Below, piece after piece: positions 1 through 8,279 of a DNA stretch of 64,000 bases. The notes under the pieces were generated by a model. It was given only the letters and a program-made list of their open reading frames with translations, made no database searches and had not been told where the DNA came from. Origin of the DNA: Patescibacteria group bacterium (GTDB taxonomy: Bacteria; Patescibacteriota; Patescibacteriia; UBA2591; JAQUPP01); contig JAQUPP010000002.1 in NCBI GenBank assembly GCA_028716665.1, positions 75,717 through 139,716 of the forward strand, given 5' to 3'. Every line of letters starts with the position of its first letter. Position 1 is the first letter of the stretch. Position numbers and translations under genes: made by a program.

Positions 1-2
1 TT

Positions 3-110
3 TTAAGAACAAAAGGAAAAATTTTAACCATTATTGTTTTAGCCGTTTTGATTGGCGGTTTTATCGTCTCTTTAATCATTAAATCAGACAGAAGCAGAAC
101 AAGTCCTTGA
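3..110 (+). CDS. C-terminal fragment of a hypothetical membrane protein (5' end outside the window)
   Basis: Open frame from the window edge to TGA at 108-110. Encodes a hydrophobic helix (LTIIVLAVLIGGFIVSLII). Confidence 0.25.
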   Translation, partial: LRTKGKILTIIVLAVLIGGFIVSLIIKSDRSRTSP

Positions 111-302
111 AGTTTTTAGTATTTCTGTTATAATATCTTGGTATCAAAATAGTGAAACTTTGGCCTGATACAGATGATTTTAAAGATTAAAAATCAAAAT
201 GGAAAATGACAGTGTAAAATTTAAAAATTCAATAAATAATTTTGACATTTTGAATTGTCATTTTAATTTTTGATATTTGCATTTTTAATTATAAAAATTA
301 CC

Positions 303-1853
303 ATGGAATCCGAACAAGACAAAATTAAAAAGAAAGAAATTGAAGATGAGGTTATTTTATTTGCGGAAACGAATTATCGCAGTAAAAGACAAAAATTTGG
401 CATTAGAACCGACGATCGGCGCCGGCATATGTATATTGTCGGAAAAACCGGCGTAGGTAAGTCAACAGTGCTGGAAAATATGATATATCAGGATATTATC
501 GCCGGACATGGCGTGGCGATTGTTGATCCTCATGGAGATTTGGCTGAAAAAGCATTGGAATTTATTCCGGCCAACCGTATTAATGATACGGTTTATTTTA
601 ATCCGGCAGATTATGAATTTCCGTTTGCTTTTAACGTTTTGGAAAGAGTGGAAACAGGGGAGCGGCATTTGGTCGCTTCGGGTTTGATTGGAATTTTTAA
701 GAAAATTTGGGCTGATTCTTGGGGTCCAAGATTGGAATATGTTTTAAGAAACGCCATTTTGGCGCTTTTGGAATATCCGGGCAGTACTTTGCTCGGAATT
801 ATGCGTATTTTGGTTGATAAAGAATTTCGCGGCAAAGTGGTTGACCAGTTAAGTGATCCGGTGGTTAAATCTTTTTGGTTGGATGAATATCCGAAATATC
901 CGGACCGTTTGAGATCTGAGGCTATTGCTCCAATTCAAAATAAAGTCGGACAATTTCTTTCCACGGCTTTAATCAGAAATATCGTCGGCCAGATAAAATC
1001 AAAAATTGACTTGAGACAAATAATGGACGAAAAGAAAATTTTAATAATGAATCTTTCTAAAGGCAGAATCGGAGAAGACGCTTCGTCTCTTTTGGGCGCG
1101 ATGATGATTACAAAAATCCAATTGGCGGCCATGAGCAGAATTAATATTCCTGAAATAGATCGTCATGATTTTTATCTTTATGTTGATGAATTTCAAAATT
1201 TTGCCACTGATTCTTTCGCCAATATTCTTTCTGAAGCCAGAAAATATCATCTTAACTTGGTTATTGCTCATCAATATATCGGTCAATTGGCCACTGAAAC
1301 TTCCAGTAAAGTGCGCGACGCCGTATTCGGCAATGTCGGCACAATGGTTATTTTCAGAGTTGGCGCCGAAGACGCGGAATTTTTAGCCAAAGAATTTGCT
1401 CCCCGTTTTGAAGAAACCGATTTGGTTGACTTGGACAAATATAATATTTATGTAAAATTGATGATCGACGGTATCACTTCTGAGCCATTTTCCGCCGCTA
1501 CTTTGCCTCCGCTTTCCATTTTGGAAGATAATAAAGAAAAAATTATAAAAGTTTCCCGAGAGCGCTATACCGAACCGAGAAAGCAAGTTGAAGAAAAAAT
1601 AATGCGTTGGAGTGGTGTTCTTGCCGCCGGCCAAAGTTTATCTCAAGAATCAAATGTTGATAAATATGAAGCCGTTTGCAATGGTTGCGGCAAAACCGTT
1701 TTTGTCCCGTTTGTTCCGGATGGCATCAGACCGATTTATTGCAAGGATTGCTTGAAGAAAAATCGTCAAGTTTTTCAGCCTCAATCTCAACCCCGAAATA
1801 ATGTTTCGTTTAATGAAGCGATTAAGCGAGGTCCAATACCTTTTAAAAAGTAA
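303..1853 (+). CDS. VirD4/TraG/TraD-like P-loop ATPase (type IV coupling-protein-like, DUF87/HerA-like) with a C-terminal Cys4 zinc ribbon
   Basis: Walker A (GKTGVGKST) and Walker B (YLYVDEFQNF). C-terminal CNGCGKT...YCKDC motif. The ORF track starts at TTG 270; ATG 303 (MESEQDK) is more plausible. Confidence 0.55.
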   Translation: MESEQDKIKKKEIEDEVILFAETNYRSKRQKFGIRTDDRRRHMYIVGKTGVGKSTVLENMIYQDIIAGHGVAIVDPHGDLAEKALEFIPANRINDTVYFNPADYEFPFAFNVLERVETGERHLVASGLIGIFKKIWADSWGPRLEYVLRNAILALLEYPGSTLLGIMRILVDKEFRGKVVDQLSDPVVKSFWLDEYPKYPDRLRSEAIAPIQNKVGQFLSTALIRNIVGQIKSKIDLRQIMDEKKILIMNLSKGRIGEDASSLLGAMMITKIQLAAMSRINIPEIDRHDFYLYVDEFQNFATDSFANILSEARKYHLNLVIAHQYIGQLATETSSKVRDAVFGNVGTMVIFRVGAEDAEFLAKEFAPRFEETDLVDLDKYNIYVKLMIDGITSEPFSAATLPPLSILEDNKEKIIKVSRERYTEPRKQVEEKIMRWSGVLAAGQSLSQESNVDKYEAVCNGCGKTVFVPFVPDGIRPIYCKDCLKKNRQVFQPQSQPRNNVSFNEAIKRGPIPFKK

Positions 1854-2111
1854 GAGAATATAATTTTATTACATGTCACTCTTCAATTGTTATTGATAGA
1901 TTTTTAGAAGCGGCTAAATTGGGTGCTTTTTTATTATCAAGCGAGTGAGAGAAAAGCAATTCCGCTAATGCGGATTGCTTTTTCGAGCGAGCGCAGATAT
2001 CAAAGGGTTTGATACTCCTCTGCCAGCTGGCAGATGTGAAACGGGGGTTTGGGGCGTGCTCCGGGGTTTAATACCCTTTATTTTTAAGTAATAATTAAAT
2101 AAAATAAATTT

Positions 2112-2615
2112 ATGGCGATTCCAAAACAAATTCTTTCTTATCTTGAGAAAAATAAAATTAAATATGAAGCAATTGAACATCGGCCGGTTTTTACGGCTTG
2201 GGATTTGGTTCAAACTTTGCATTTGAAAAAACCGGAGGAGGCGGTTAAGACATTGATTTTCAATATTGATAATGAGCATGTTTTGATTTTGCTTCCGCCG
2301 AATAAAAATTTTGACAAAGCCAAATTCAAAAATTTGATGAATGGTCTTCGCAAAAAACAAGGATTAAAAGGCGTTAAAAAAATGGATTTTGTCAAAGAAG
2401 TTTGGATGAAAAAGAATATTAAAATCGGTAAATTGGGAGCCGTGCCGCCATTTGGTAAATTATTGAATTTGCCGGTTTTTGCGGATAACATTGTTTTAAA
2501 ACAAAAGAAAGTTTTGGTCAGTGGCGGCGATCATAATGTGTCTCTTAAAATTTCCATTAAAGATTTTATTAAATTGGAAGAGCCGATTAAAGGCAGTTTT
2601 AGCCAGAAAAAATAA
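2112..2615 (+). CDS. YbaK/ProX-type aminoacyl-tRNA deacylase domain protein
   Basis: Length and motif layout (LEKNKIKYE, GAVPPFG, VLVSGGDHNVSL) match the YbaK/EbsC family. Confidence 0.6.
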   Translation: MAIPKQILSYLEKNKIKYEAIEHRPVFTAWDLVQTLHLKKPEEAVKTLIFNIDNEHVLILLPPNKNFDKAKFKNLMNGLRKKQGLKGVKKMDFVKEVWMKKNIKIGKLGAVPPFGKLLNLPVFADNIVLKQKKVLVSGGDHNVSLKISIKDFIKLEEPIKGSFSQKK

Positions 2616-2636
2616 AGGGCTTTGTTAAAATTTTCT

Positions 2637-3344
2637 ATGTATAATATTAAAGTTAATGAATTTGAAGGGCCATTTGATCTACTGCTTCGTTTGATTGAAA
2701 AGGAAAAAATGGATATTACCGACATTTCTTTAGCCAAAGTGACTGATGAATTCGTCACTTATTTAACCAATGCCATTGAAATAAATTGGGAAGAATTGGC
2801 TGATTTTTTGGATATTGCTTCCAAGCTTCTTTTGATTAAATCAAAATTATTAATTCCCGGTTCAATCTTAGAGGAGGAAGAAGGAGGGGATTTGGTCGGT
2901 CAATTGAAAATTTACAAAGAATTTCATAATGCTTCGCAGAAAATAGGAAAAATTATCGCCAAGGGTCATTACGCTTTTTATCGGGATAAAATTCCTTTAA
3001 ATATGATTCCTCAAACATCATTAAATACGAAAATAACGGTCAAAATGCTGGAAAGATCATTTAAAAATGTCATGGAAACGATTTTATTCCAGATAAAATT
3101 GGCGCAAAAAACCATCAAGCATCAGGTTATTTCCTTGAAACAAAAAATCAATGAATTATTTGAACTGGTTTCGTCCAGCCAAAGAGTTATTTTAAACAAT
3201 TTTATTGATCAAAAAGAAAAAATAGAAAAAGTGGTCATATTTTTGGCGCTTTTGGATTTGGTGAAAAGAAAAATGATTACTGTTGATCAGGAAGAATTGT
3301 TCAGTGAAATTATCATTACCAAAAAAGAACAGCAACAAGCTTAA
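2637..3344 (+). CDS. scpA: segregation and condensation protein A (kleisin)
   Basis: N-terminal EFEGPFDLLLRLIEKEKMDI signature. The ORF track uses TTG 2622; ATG 2637 is preferred. Confidence 0.8.
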   Translation: MYNIKVNEFEGPFDLLLRLIEKEKMDITDISLAKVTDEFVTYLTNAIEINWEELADFLDIASKLLLIKSKLLIPGSILEEEEGGDLVGQLKIYKEFHNASQKIGKIIAKGHYAFYRDKIPLNMIPQTSLNTKITVKMLERSFKNVMETILFQIKLAQKTIKHQVISLKQKINELFELVSSSQRVILNNFIDQKEKIEKVVIFLALLDLVKRKMITVDQEELFSEIIITKKEQQQA

Positions 3345-3365
3345 TAATATTAAAATCAAGCGAAT

Positions 3366-3968
3366 ATGTTAAAATCAACCATTGAAAGTTTAATTTTTAT
3401 CTCCAACCGTCCTTTAACCAAAAAGGAAATATCTGTTATTACTGAGGCAAAAATTGAAGAAGTCGGACAGGTTCTTGAAGAATTGGTTAAAGAATATAAT
3501 GAGAAAAATGGCGGGATAAAAATAATTCAAGACGGCAAGGAATTTCAAATGGTTACCAATCCGGATAATACAACAATTATTCAAAAATTTTTGAAAGAAG
3601 AAGTAACCAGAGAATTGACGCCGGCCTCGCTGGAAACATTGGCGATTGTCGCTTATCGAGGTCCGATCAGCAGGGGAGAATTAGAACAAATCAGAGGAGT
3701 CAATTGCGCGATTATTTTGCGAAATCTTTTAATCAGAGGCTTGATCATAGAAAGTGATGCTGATAAAGATTTATCAAGCAAAGATCCGTTGAAATGCGCT
3801 TATAATATAAGTTTGGATTTTATTCGCCATTTGGGCATTACGGATATTAAAGATTTGCCAAATTACGAAAAACTTAACAGTCAAATACCATTGCAAACTT
3901 TAGCCGGCGAAGAACAACTGAATAAAAATCCGGAGCCTCCGCAGGAGTCAAGTGAAGAAACTTTATAG
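3366..3968 (+). CDS. scpB: segregation and condensation protein B
   Basis: IESLIFIS...PLT at the N-terminus. Sits immediately downstream of scpA. Confidence 0.8.
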   Translation: MLKSTIESLIFISNRPLTKKEISVITEAKIEEVGQVLEELVKEYNEKNGGIKIIQDGKEFQMVTNPDNTTIIQKFLKEEVTRELTPASLETLAIVAYRGPISRGELEQIRGVNCAIILRNLLIRGLIIESDADKDLSSKDPLKCAYNISLDFIRHLGITDIKDLPNYEKLNSQIPLQTLAGEEQLNKNPEPPQESSEETL

Positions 3969-3990
3969 TTTTTAAGTAGAGAGCTATCAG

Positions 3991-4075
3991 CCCCTCACAT
4001 GAAAATTATTGTCTTTTCCGAGTGAGTGCGGGCGACACAGGAGATTAATAATTTTGATAATTTTCATGTGAGGGG
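3991..4075. repeat. Perfect 19-bp inverted repeat (cccctcacatgaaaattat ... ataattttcatgtgagggg) with a 47-nt loop, right after the scpB stop codon
   Basis: Read directly from the sequence. Confidence 0.8.
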
Positions 4076-4089
4076 CCCTCATAGTTTAA
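4075..4089 (+). repeat. 15-bp direct duplicate of the tRNA-Arg 5' end (gccctcatagtttaa). The bona fide tRNA begins with the same 15-mer at 4198.
   Basis: Exact identity between 4075-4089 and 4198-4212. The intervening 108 bp carries two small hairpins (ctccgac/gtcggag and cccgac/gtcggg). Confidence 0.7.
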
Positions 4090-4197
4090 CTCCGACGCCT
4101 TAAAGGGTCGGAGTCCCGACCTCCAGAGCGTCGGGGCGGATAGAAAAATTTATTTTTTTTAGTAATTAGTCATTAGTAATTTGTAATTTGTTTTTCC

Positions 4198-4269
4198 GCC
4201 CTCATAGTTTAATGGATAGAACGTAGCCCTCCGAAGGCTGAAATGCAGGTTCGATTCCTGCTGAGGGCA
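4198..4269 (+). tRNA. tRNA-Arg (anticodon CCG)
   Basis: Manual cloverleaf. Acceptor gccctca/tgagggc, D-arm tagtttaatggatagaac, anticodon loop ctCCGaa, T-loop ttcgatt. Confidence 0.75.
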
Positions 4270-4328
4270 TTTGAAAAAACCAGCCAAAGTCCTCGGCATG
4301 CCGATGGCGGAATTATTTAAATAATATT

Positions 4329-5486
4329 ATGGCTAGAAAATCATCAATTAAAAATCTTAAGAAAGCGAGAAAAGCAAAGAATGACGAGTTTTATACTCAG
4401 TATATTGATATTCAAAAAGAGATTGAAAAATACCTGGATTATAATTCTGATACTTTTCGCAGCAAGGCAGTGTATTGCAATTGCGACGATCCGTTTGAGA
4501 GCAATTTCTTTCGCTATTTCGTGCTCAATTTCAACAAGCTTGGATTAAAACAGCTCATTACTACGAGCTACAAGCCTTCGCCCGTAGCGAACACGCAGCT
4601 AGGGTTGTTTGGGGATGATAAAACTCTTACAAAATCAAAAAGCCTGCCTGCCGGTAGGCAGGGCCGTGCTAAAATAACCGCCAACAAATTTATTATCAAC
4701 GAAGTGCGTGATATAGACAACGATGGTGAGTTTAACTTGGAAGATATTGCCAAACAGTTAAAGGTAAACAAAAATAATGAATGGGCGCCATTAGAAGGTG
4801 ATGGTGATTTTCGTAGCGATGAATGTGTAGAACTACTCAAGCAATCCGATATAGTAGTAACCAACCCACCCTTTAGTTTGTTTCGTGAATATTTTAGACA
4901 ACTTTTTGATTATAAAAAAAAGTTTTTGATTATCGGCAATATCAACTGCCTAACCTATAGAGAAATATTTCAAAAAATTAAAGAAAATATAGCATGGCTT
5001 GGTAATGGAATGGGGAGATGGATTTCTGGATTTATTGTTCCCGAATCCTACGACTTATACGGATCAGAGGCTCGGATAGATAAAAATGGAAACAGAATTG
5101 TAGCCACCAATAATTGTTTATGGCTAACTAATCTTGATCACGGTCGCCGCCACCAGCCATTACCGCTTATGACAATGGAAGAAAATTTGAAATACAGCAA
5201 ACATAAAGAAATTAAAGGTAAAAAAGCGTATGATAAATATGACAATTATGATGCGATTGAAATACCTTTTACCGATGCAATTCCAAGCGATTATAAAGGC
5301 GTAATGGGTGTGCCAGTTACATTTCTTGATAAATATAATCCCAAACAGTTTGAAATATTGGGAAATTCTAATGTGCGAGGAGAGCGAGAACATTTAATGA
5401 ACAAGGTAAAATCCGCAACGGATTGTACTTATATAAACGGAAAACCGCAATATGCTCGTATATTAATAAAACATAAGAAAAAATAA
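4329..5486 (+). CDS. EcoRI-family N6-adenine DNA methyltransferase (possible orphan or system-associated)
   Basis: The N-terminus MARKSSIKNLKKARKAKNDEFYTQYIDIQKEI...VYCNCDDPFESNFF closely matches the M.EcoRI N-terminus as I recall it. Catalytic NPPF (VVTNPPFSLF) is present. GC content and codon usage differ from flanking genes. Confidence 0.7.
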   Translation: MARKSSIKNLKKARKAKNDEFYTQYIDIQKEIEKYLDYNSDTFRSKAVYCNCDDPFESNFFRYFVLNFNKLGLKQLITTSYKPSPVANTQLGLFGDDKTLTKSKSLPAGRQGRAKITANKFIINEVRDIDNDGEFNLEDIAKQLKVNKNNEWAPLEGDGDFRSDECVELLKQSDIVVTNPPFSLFREYFRQLFDYKKKFLIIGNINCLTYREIFQKIKENIAWLGNGMGRWISGFIVPESYDLYGSEARIDKNGNRIVATNNCLWLTNLDHGRRHQPLPLMTMEENLKYSKHKEIKGKKAYDKYDNYDAIEIPFTDAIPSDYKGVMGVPVTFLDKYNPKQFEILGNSNVRGEREHLMNKVKSATDCTYINGKPQYARILIKHKKK

Positions 5487-5510
5487 TTTTTTAAATTTTA
5501 ATTTTTTAAA

Positions 5511-7058
5511 ATGGAAATAGCACTACCAAATCAAATTTATGGTGATAAAAAAATCATAATAGATGACTCAAAATCTGTTTTTGTTTTTATTGGTGCTAAT
5601 GGCTCAGGCAAATCAAAACTAATGGATCAAATAAAGGCACATATGACACAACAAACGAAAATAATTTCTGATGGGATTAATTCAGTTCCTCCTATTAATA
5701 CCATTGATGAGGAGAGCGTAAAACAAAATTCTTGGGGGAATAAAGTAGTTGATAATGTCACAAGCCTTATAAATGGTAACGATACTGTTAGACAAGTTAT
5801 TTTCTTTTGGTTTAAAAAACTATTTGGCAAAGAAATTAGTAAAGAGGGCAATCAATATTGGATAACAGAAGACGGTAATAAATTTCAATTGAATGCAGAC
5901 GGCGACGGATATAAAACATTTTTTAATTTAGCTTATTATTTAACAACTCCAGATTATAAATATTTAATTTTTGATGAACCGGAAAGATTCTTGCATCCTA
6001 ATTTGCAGATAAGCTTGTTTAATATGATAAAAAAGCTATCAAGGGATTATGGGAAACAGGTTTTTATTACAACACATTCATCACATTTTATCGACTTTCT
6101 TTCTGACGGAATTGAAGTTTTTCTTCTTAGTAAGCCAAAAAAAGAAACCTTTAACTTAACAGAAAAAATTAATAGCTCATCCGATAAAAATTTTACGACA
6201 TGGATTCACTACAATAAACATATTTTATTTAGCAAAACCATTGTTTTATTGGAGGGGTACACTGATCAAATATTTTTAAATCAACTTTTACAAAAGTTGA
6301 ATCATTCTGTATTTGGAAGAAATATTTCCTTTATTTCCGTGGCAGTAGAAAAAGAAAACGGTGGTAAGTCAAAAATTGTAAAATTTCAAAAAATTATTTC
6401 AGAATTTTTTACTTGTTGGAGTTTATTTGACTTGGATCTTTTGCTAAATAGTGGTGGGGAATTAAGTAAGTATTTAGATGCAACGGATGTTACAGAATTT
6501 GGTACATGGAGAAATAGTAAAACTCTTGATGACTTATCAAATCTACTAGCTGAACAAGAAATGACAAAAGTTTTTAAAACATTAAAAGCCAAAAAAGTAT
6601 TAATTTTGGAAAAAGGTGCCATTGAGAAATATTGTAAAAAAATTGGTGTTGCTGATAAATTAAAAGATAAATTATATGAAGAAGTTGACTATCTAAATTC
6701 ACTCACACTTGATTTAGTTGAATCTGAATATGGAGACTTAATTAATATAATATCTAGTCTAGATGGATTTAATTTTGATGAAAATGATGATTTATCGAAT
6801 TTAGTTTTTAGATTGATAATGGACTTTGAAAAAGAGGCGAAAACTCTAAATCCATATCAATATTTAAAAATTCCAAAATCTATACAGGATCATTTATTTA
6901 GTGACCCAGACAAAGGAGCAAGTTATGAGTTTAGATTTAGATTTTTGAGCGATAAATTATTTTCCATTAAAAAAACTTTTTCAACGGACGAAAAAAAAGA
7001 TTATATAGATTCAGTGTTTTCAAGCTCCAGTATCAGCCAAAGATATTTACAAAGGTAA
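5511..7058 (+). CDS. OLD-family nuclease: ABC-type ATPase domain fused to a Toprim domain
   Basis: Walker A GANGSGKS. Walker B/D-loop YLIFDEPERFLHP. H-loop ITTHS. Toprim glutamate IVLLEGYTDQ and DxD (FDLDLL). Very AT-rich with different codon usage. Confidence 0.7.
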   Translation: MEIALPNQIYGDKKIIIDDSKSVFVFIGANGSGKSKLMDQIKAHMTQQTKIISDGINSVPPINTIDEESVKQNSWGNKVVDNVTSLINGNDTVRQVIFFWFKKLFGKEISKEGNQYWITEDGNKFQLNADGDGYKTFFNLAYYLTTPDYKYLIFDEPERFLHPNLQISLFNMIKKLSRDYGKQVFITTHSSHFIDFLSDGIEVFLLSKPKKETFNLTEKINSSSDKNFTTWIHYNKHILFSKTIVLLEGYTDQIFLNQLLQKLNHSVFGRNISFISVAVEKENGGKSKIVKFQKIISEFFTCWSLFDLDLLLNSGGELSKYLDATDVTEFGTWRNSKTLDDLSNLLAEQEMTKVFKTLKAKKVLILEKGAIEKYCKKIGVADKLKDKLYEEVDYLNSLTLDLVESEYGDLINIISSLDGFNFDENDDLSNLVFRLIMDFEKEAKTLNPYQYLKIPKSIQDHLFSDPDKGASYEFRFRFLSDKLFSIKKTFSTDEKKDYIDSVFSSSSISQRYLQR

Positions 7059-7100
7059 AAATTATTAATAGACAAGAAAAAAATAACCAAATTAAATAAT

Positions 7101-8267
7101 ATGAAAACTATTTTAAAAACCAACATCACCGTTAAAGATATTTGCGATGGGTTTGTTTATAACGAACTTGAAGGCAAGGGCTTATTTGGTTTGTCCGGCA
7201 AGTTGACTATTCAACCGGAGTATCAACGCAATTATATTTATGCGTCTGACGGCGGGAAAAGAGAGATGGCTGTTATTGAATCAATACTCAAAGGTTACCC
7301 AATAGGTTTAATTTATTTTAATAAAGTTAGCGAAGATAAACTGGAAGTTTTAGATGGACAACAGCGCATTACCAGTGTCGGACGTTTTATCACCGACAAA
7401 TTTGCAATCAAAGATGAAAATGGGATGCAATATTTCGGCGGTATGGCAAAAGACAAGAAAGCTAAGATTTTAGAAACAAAATTGCTTATTTATGAATGCG
7501 AAGGCACAGAAAGCCAAATAAAAGAGTGGTTTAAAACAATCAATATTGCCGGAGTACCGCTCGTCCCTCAAGAATTGTTAAACGCGATTTATTCCGGACT
7601 ATTCGTTACATTAGGCAAAGAGGAGTTCAGTAACAGCCAAAATGCTAATATTCAAAAATGGAGCGCGTATATAAAAGGCAGCGCAAACCGACAGGCATTT
7701 TTTGAGAGGGCATTGGACTGGGCGAGTAAGGGAAATATTGATGACTACATGAGCCTCCATCGCTATGATAAAAATATTATTGAGTTAAAAAAATATTTCA
7801 ATAGTGTGATTGACTGGGTCTCTAGCGTCTTCACCGATGTGGAAAGCGAGATGTGCGGACTTGAGTGGGGACGACTGTACGAGCAGTATCATAAGAAAGC
7901 TTATGACCCCAAAAAAGTGTCATCCGAAGTGCGTAAGCTCTATGGCGATCCATACCTCAAAAACCGTAAAGGTATTTTTGAATTTATTTTAGGAGGTTCT
8001 ACTGATACGAAATTGCTTGAGGTTAGAATTTTTGATGAAGCAACCAAAAAAGCAGTTTATGCGACACAAACTGCAAAAGCAGAGAAAAAAGGCGAATCAA
8101 ATTGCCCGCATTGCGCTATTGGACATGATGCCAACAAGAGTAAAATTTGGAGTTTAAACGATATGGATGCTGACCATGTAGCGGCTTGGAGTAAGGGTGG
8201 TAAAAGCGATATTAAGAATTGCCAAATGCTGTGCAAAACGCATAATCGAGCAAAAGGTAATCGGTAA
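7101..8267 (+). CDS. DUF262 (GmrSD/SspE N-terminal, ParB-like) domain fused to a C-terminal HNH endonuclease
   Basis: [11 protein letters not shown] and DGQQRITS motifs. C-terminal CPHC...[10 protein letters not shown]...[16 protein letters not shown] finger. Confidence 0.75.
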   Translation: MKTILKTNITVKDICDGFVYNELEGKGLFGLSGKLTIQPEYQRNYIYASDGGKREMAVIESILKGYPIGLIYFNKVSEDKLEVLDGQQRITSVGRFITDKFAIKDENGMQYFGGMAKDKKAKILETKLLIYECEGTESQIKEWFKTINIAGVPLVPQELLNAIYSGLFVTLGKEEFSNSQNANIQKWSAYIKGSANRQAFFERALDWASKGNIDDYMSLHRYDKNIIELKKYFNSVIDWVSSVFTDVESEMCGLEWGRLYEQYHKKAYDPKKVSSEVRKLYGDPYLKNRKGIFEFILGGSTDTKLLEVRIFDEATKKAVYATQTAKAEKKGESNCPHCAIGHDANKSKIWSLNDMDADHVAAWSKGGKSDIKNCQMLCKTHNRAKGNR

Positions 8268-8279
8268 GAAAAATTAATT

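Noticed and set aside
1965-2360. 131-aa minus-strand ORF overlapping the intergenic region and the ybaK-like gene
   Set aside because: Low-complexity, phenylalanine- and isoleucine-rich translation. Lies antisense to a well-supported gene and over a structured GC-rich spacer. Almost certainly a frame artefact.
4075-4197. A second tRNA gene at 4075-4197
   Set aside because: It shares only the first 15 nt with tRNA-Arg. The rest cannot form D, anticodon or T arms. Treated as a partial duplication or scar.
7810-7992. 60-aa ORF inside the DUF262-HNH gene. Similar internal or antisense ORFs lie inside the methyltransferase gene (4568-4864) and the Mur ligase gene (9192-9425).
   Set aside because: Nested in well-supported longer ORFs with no independent signals.
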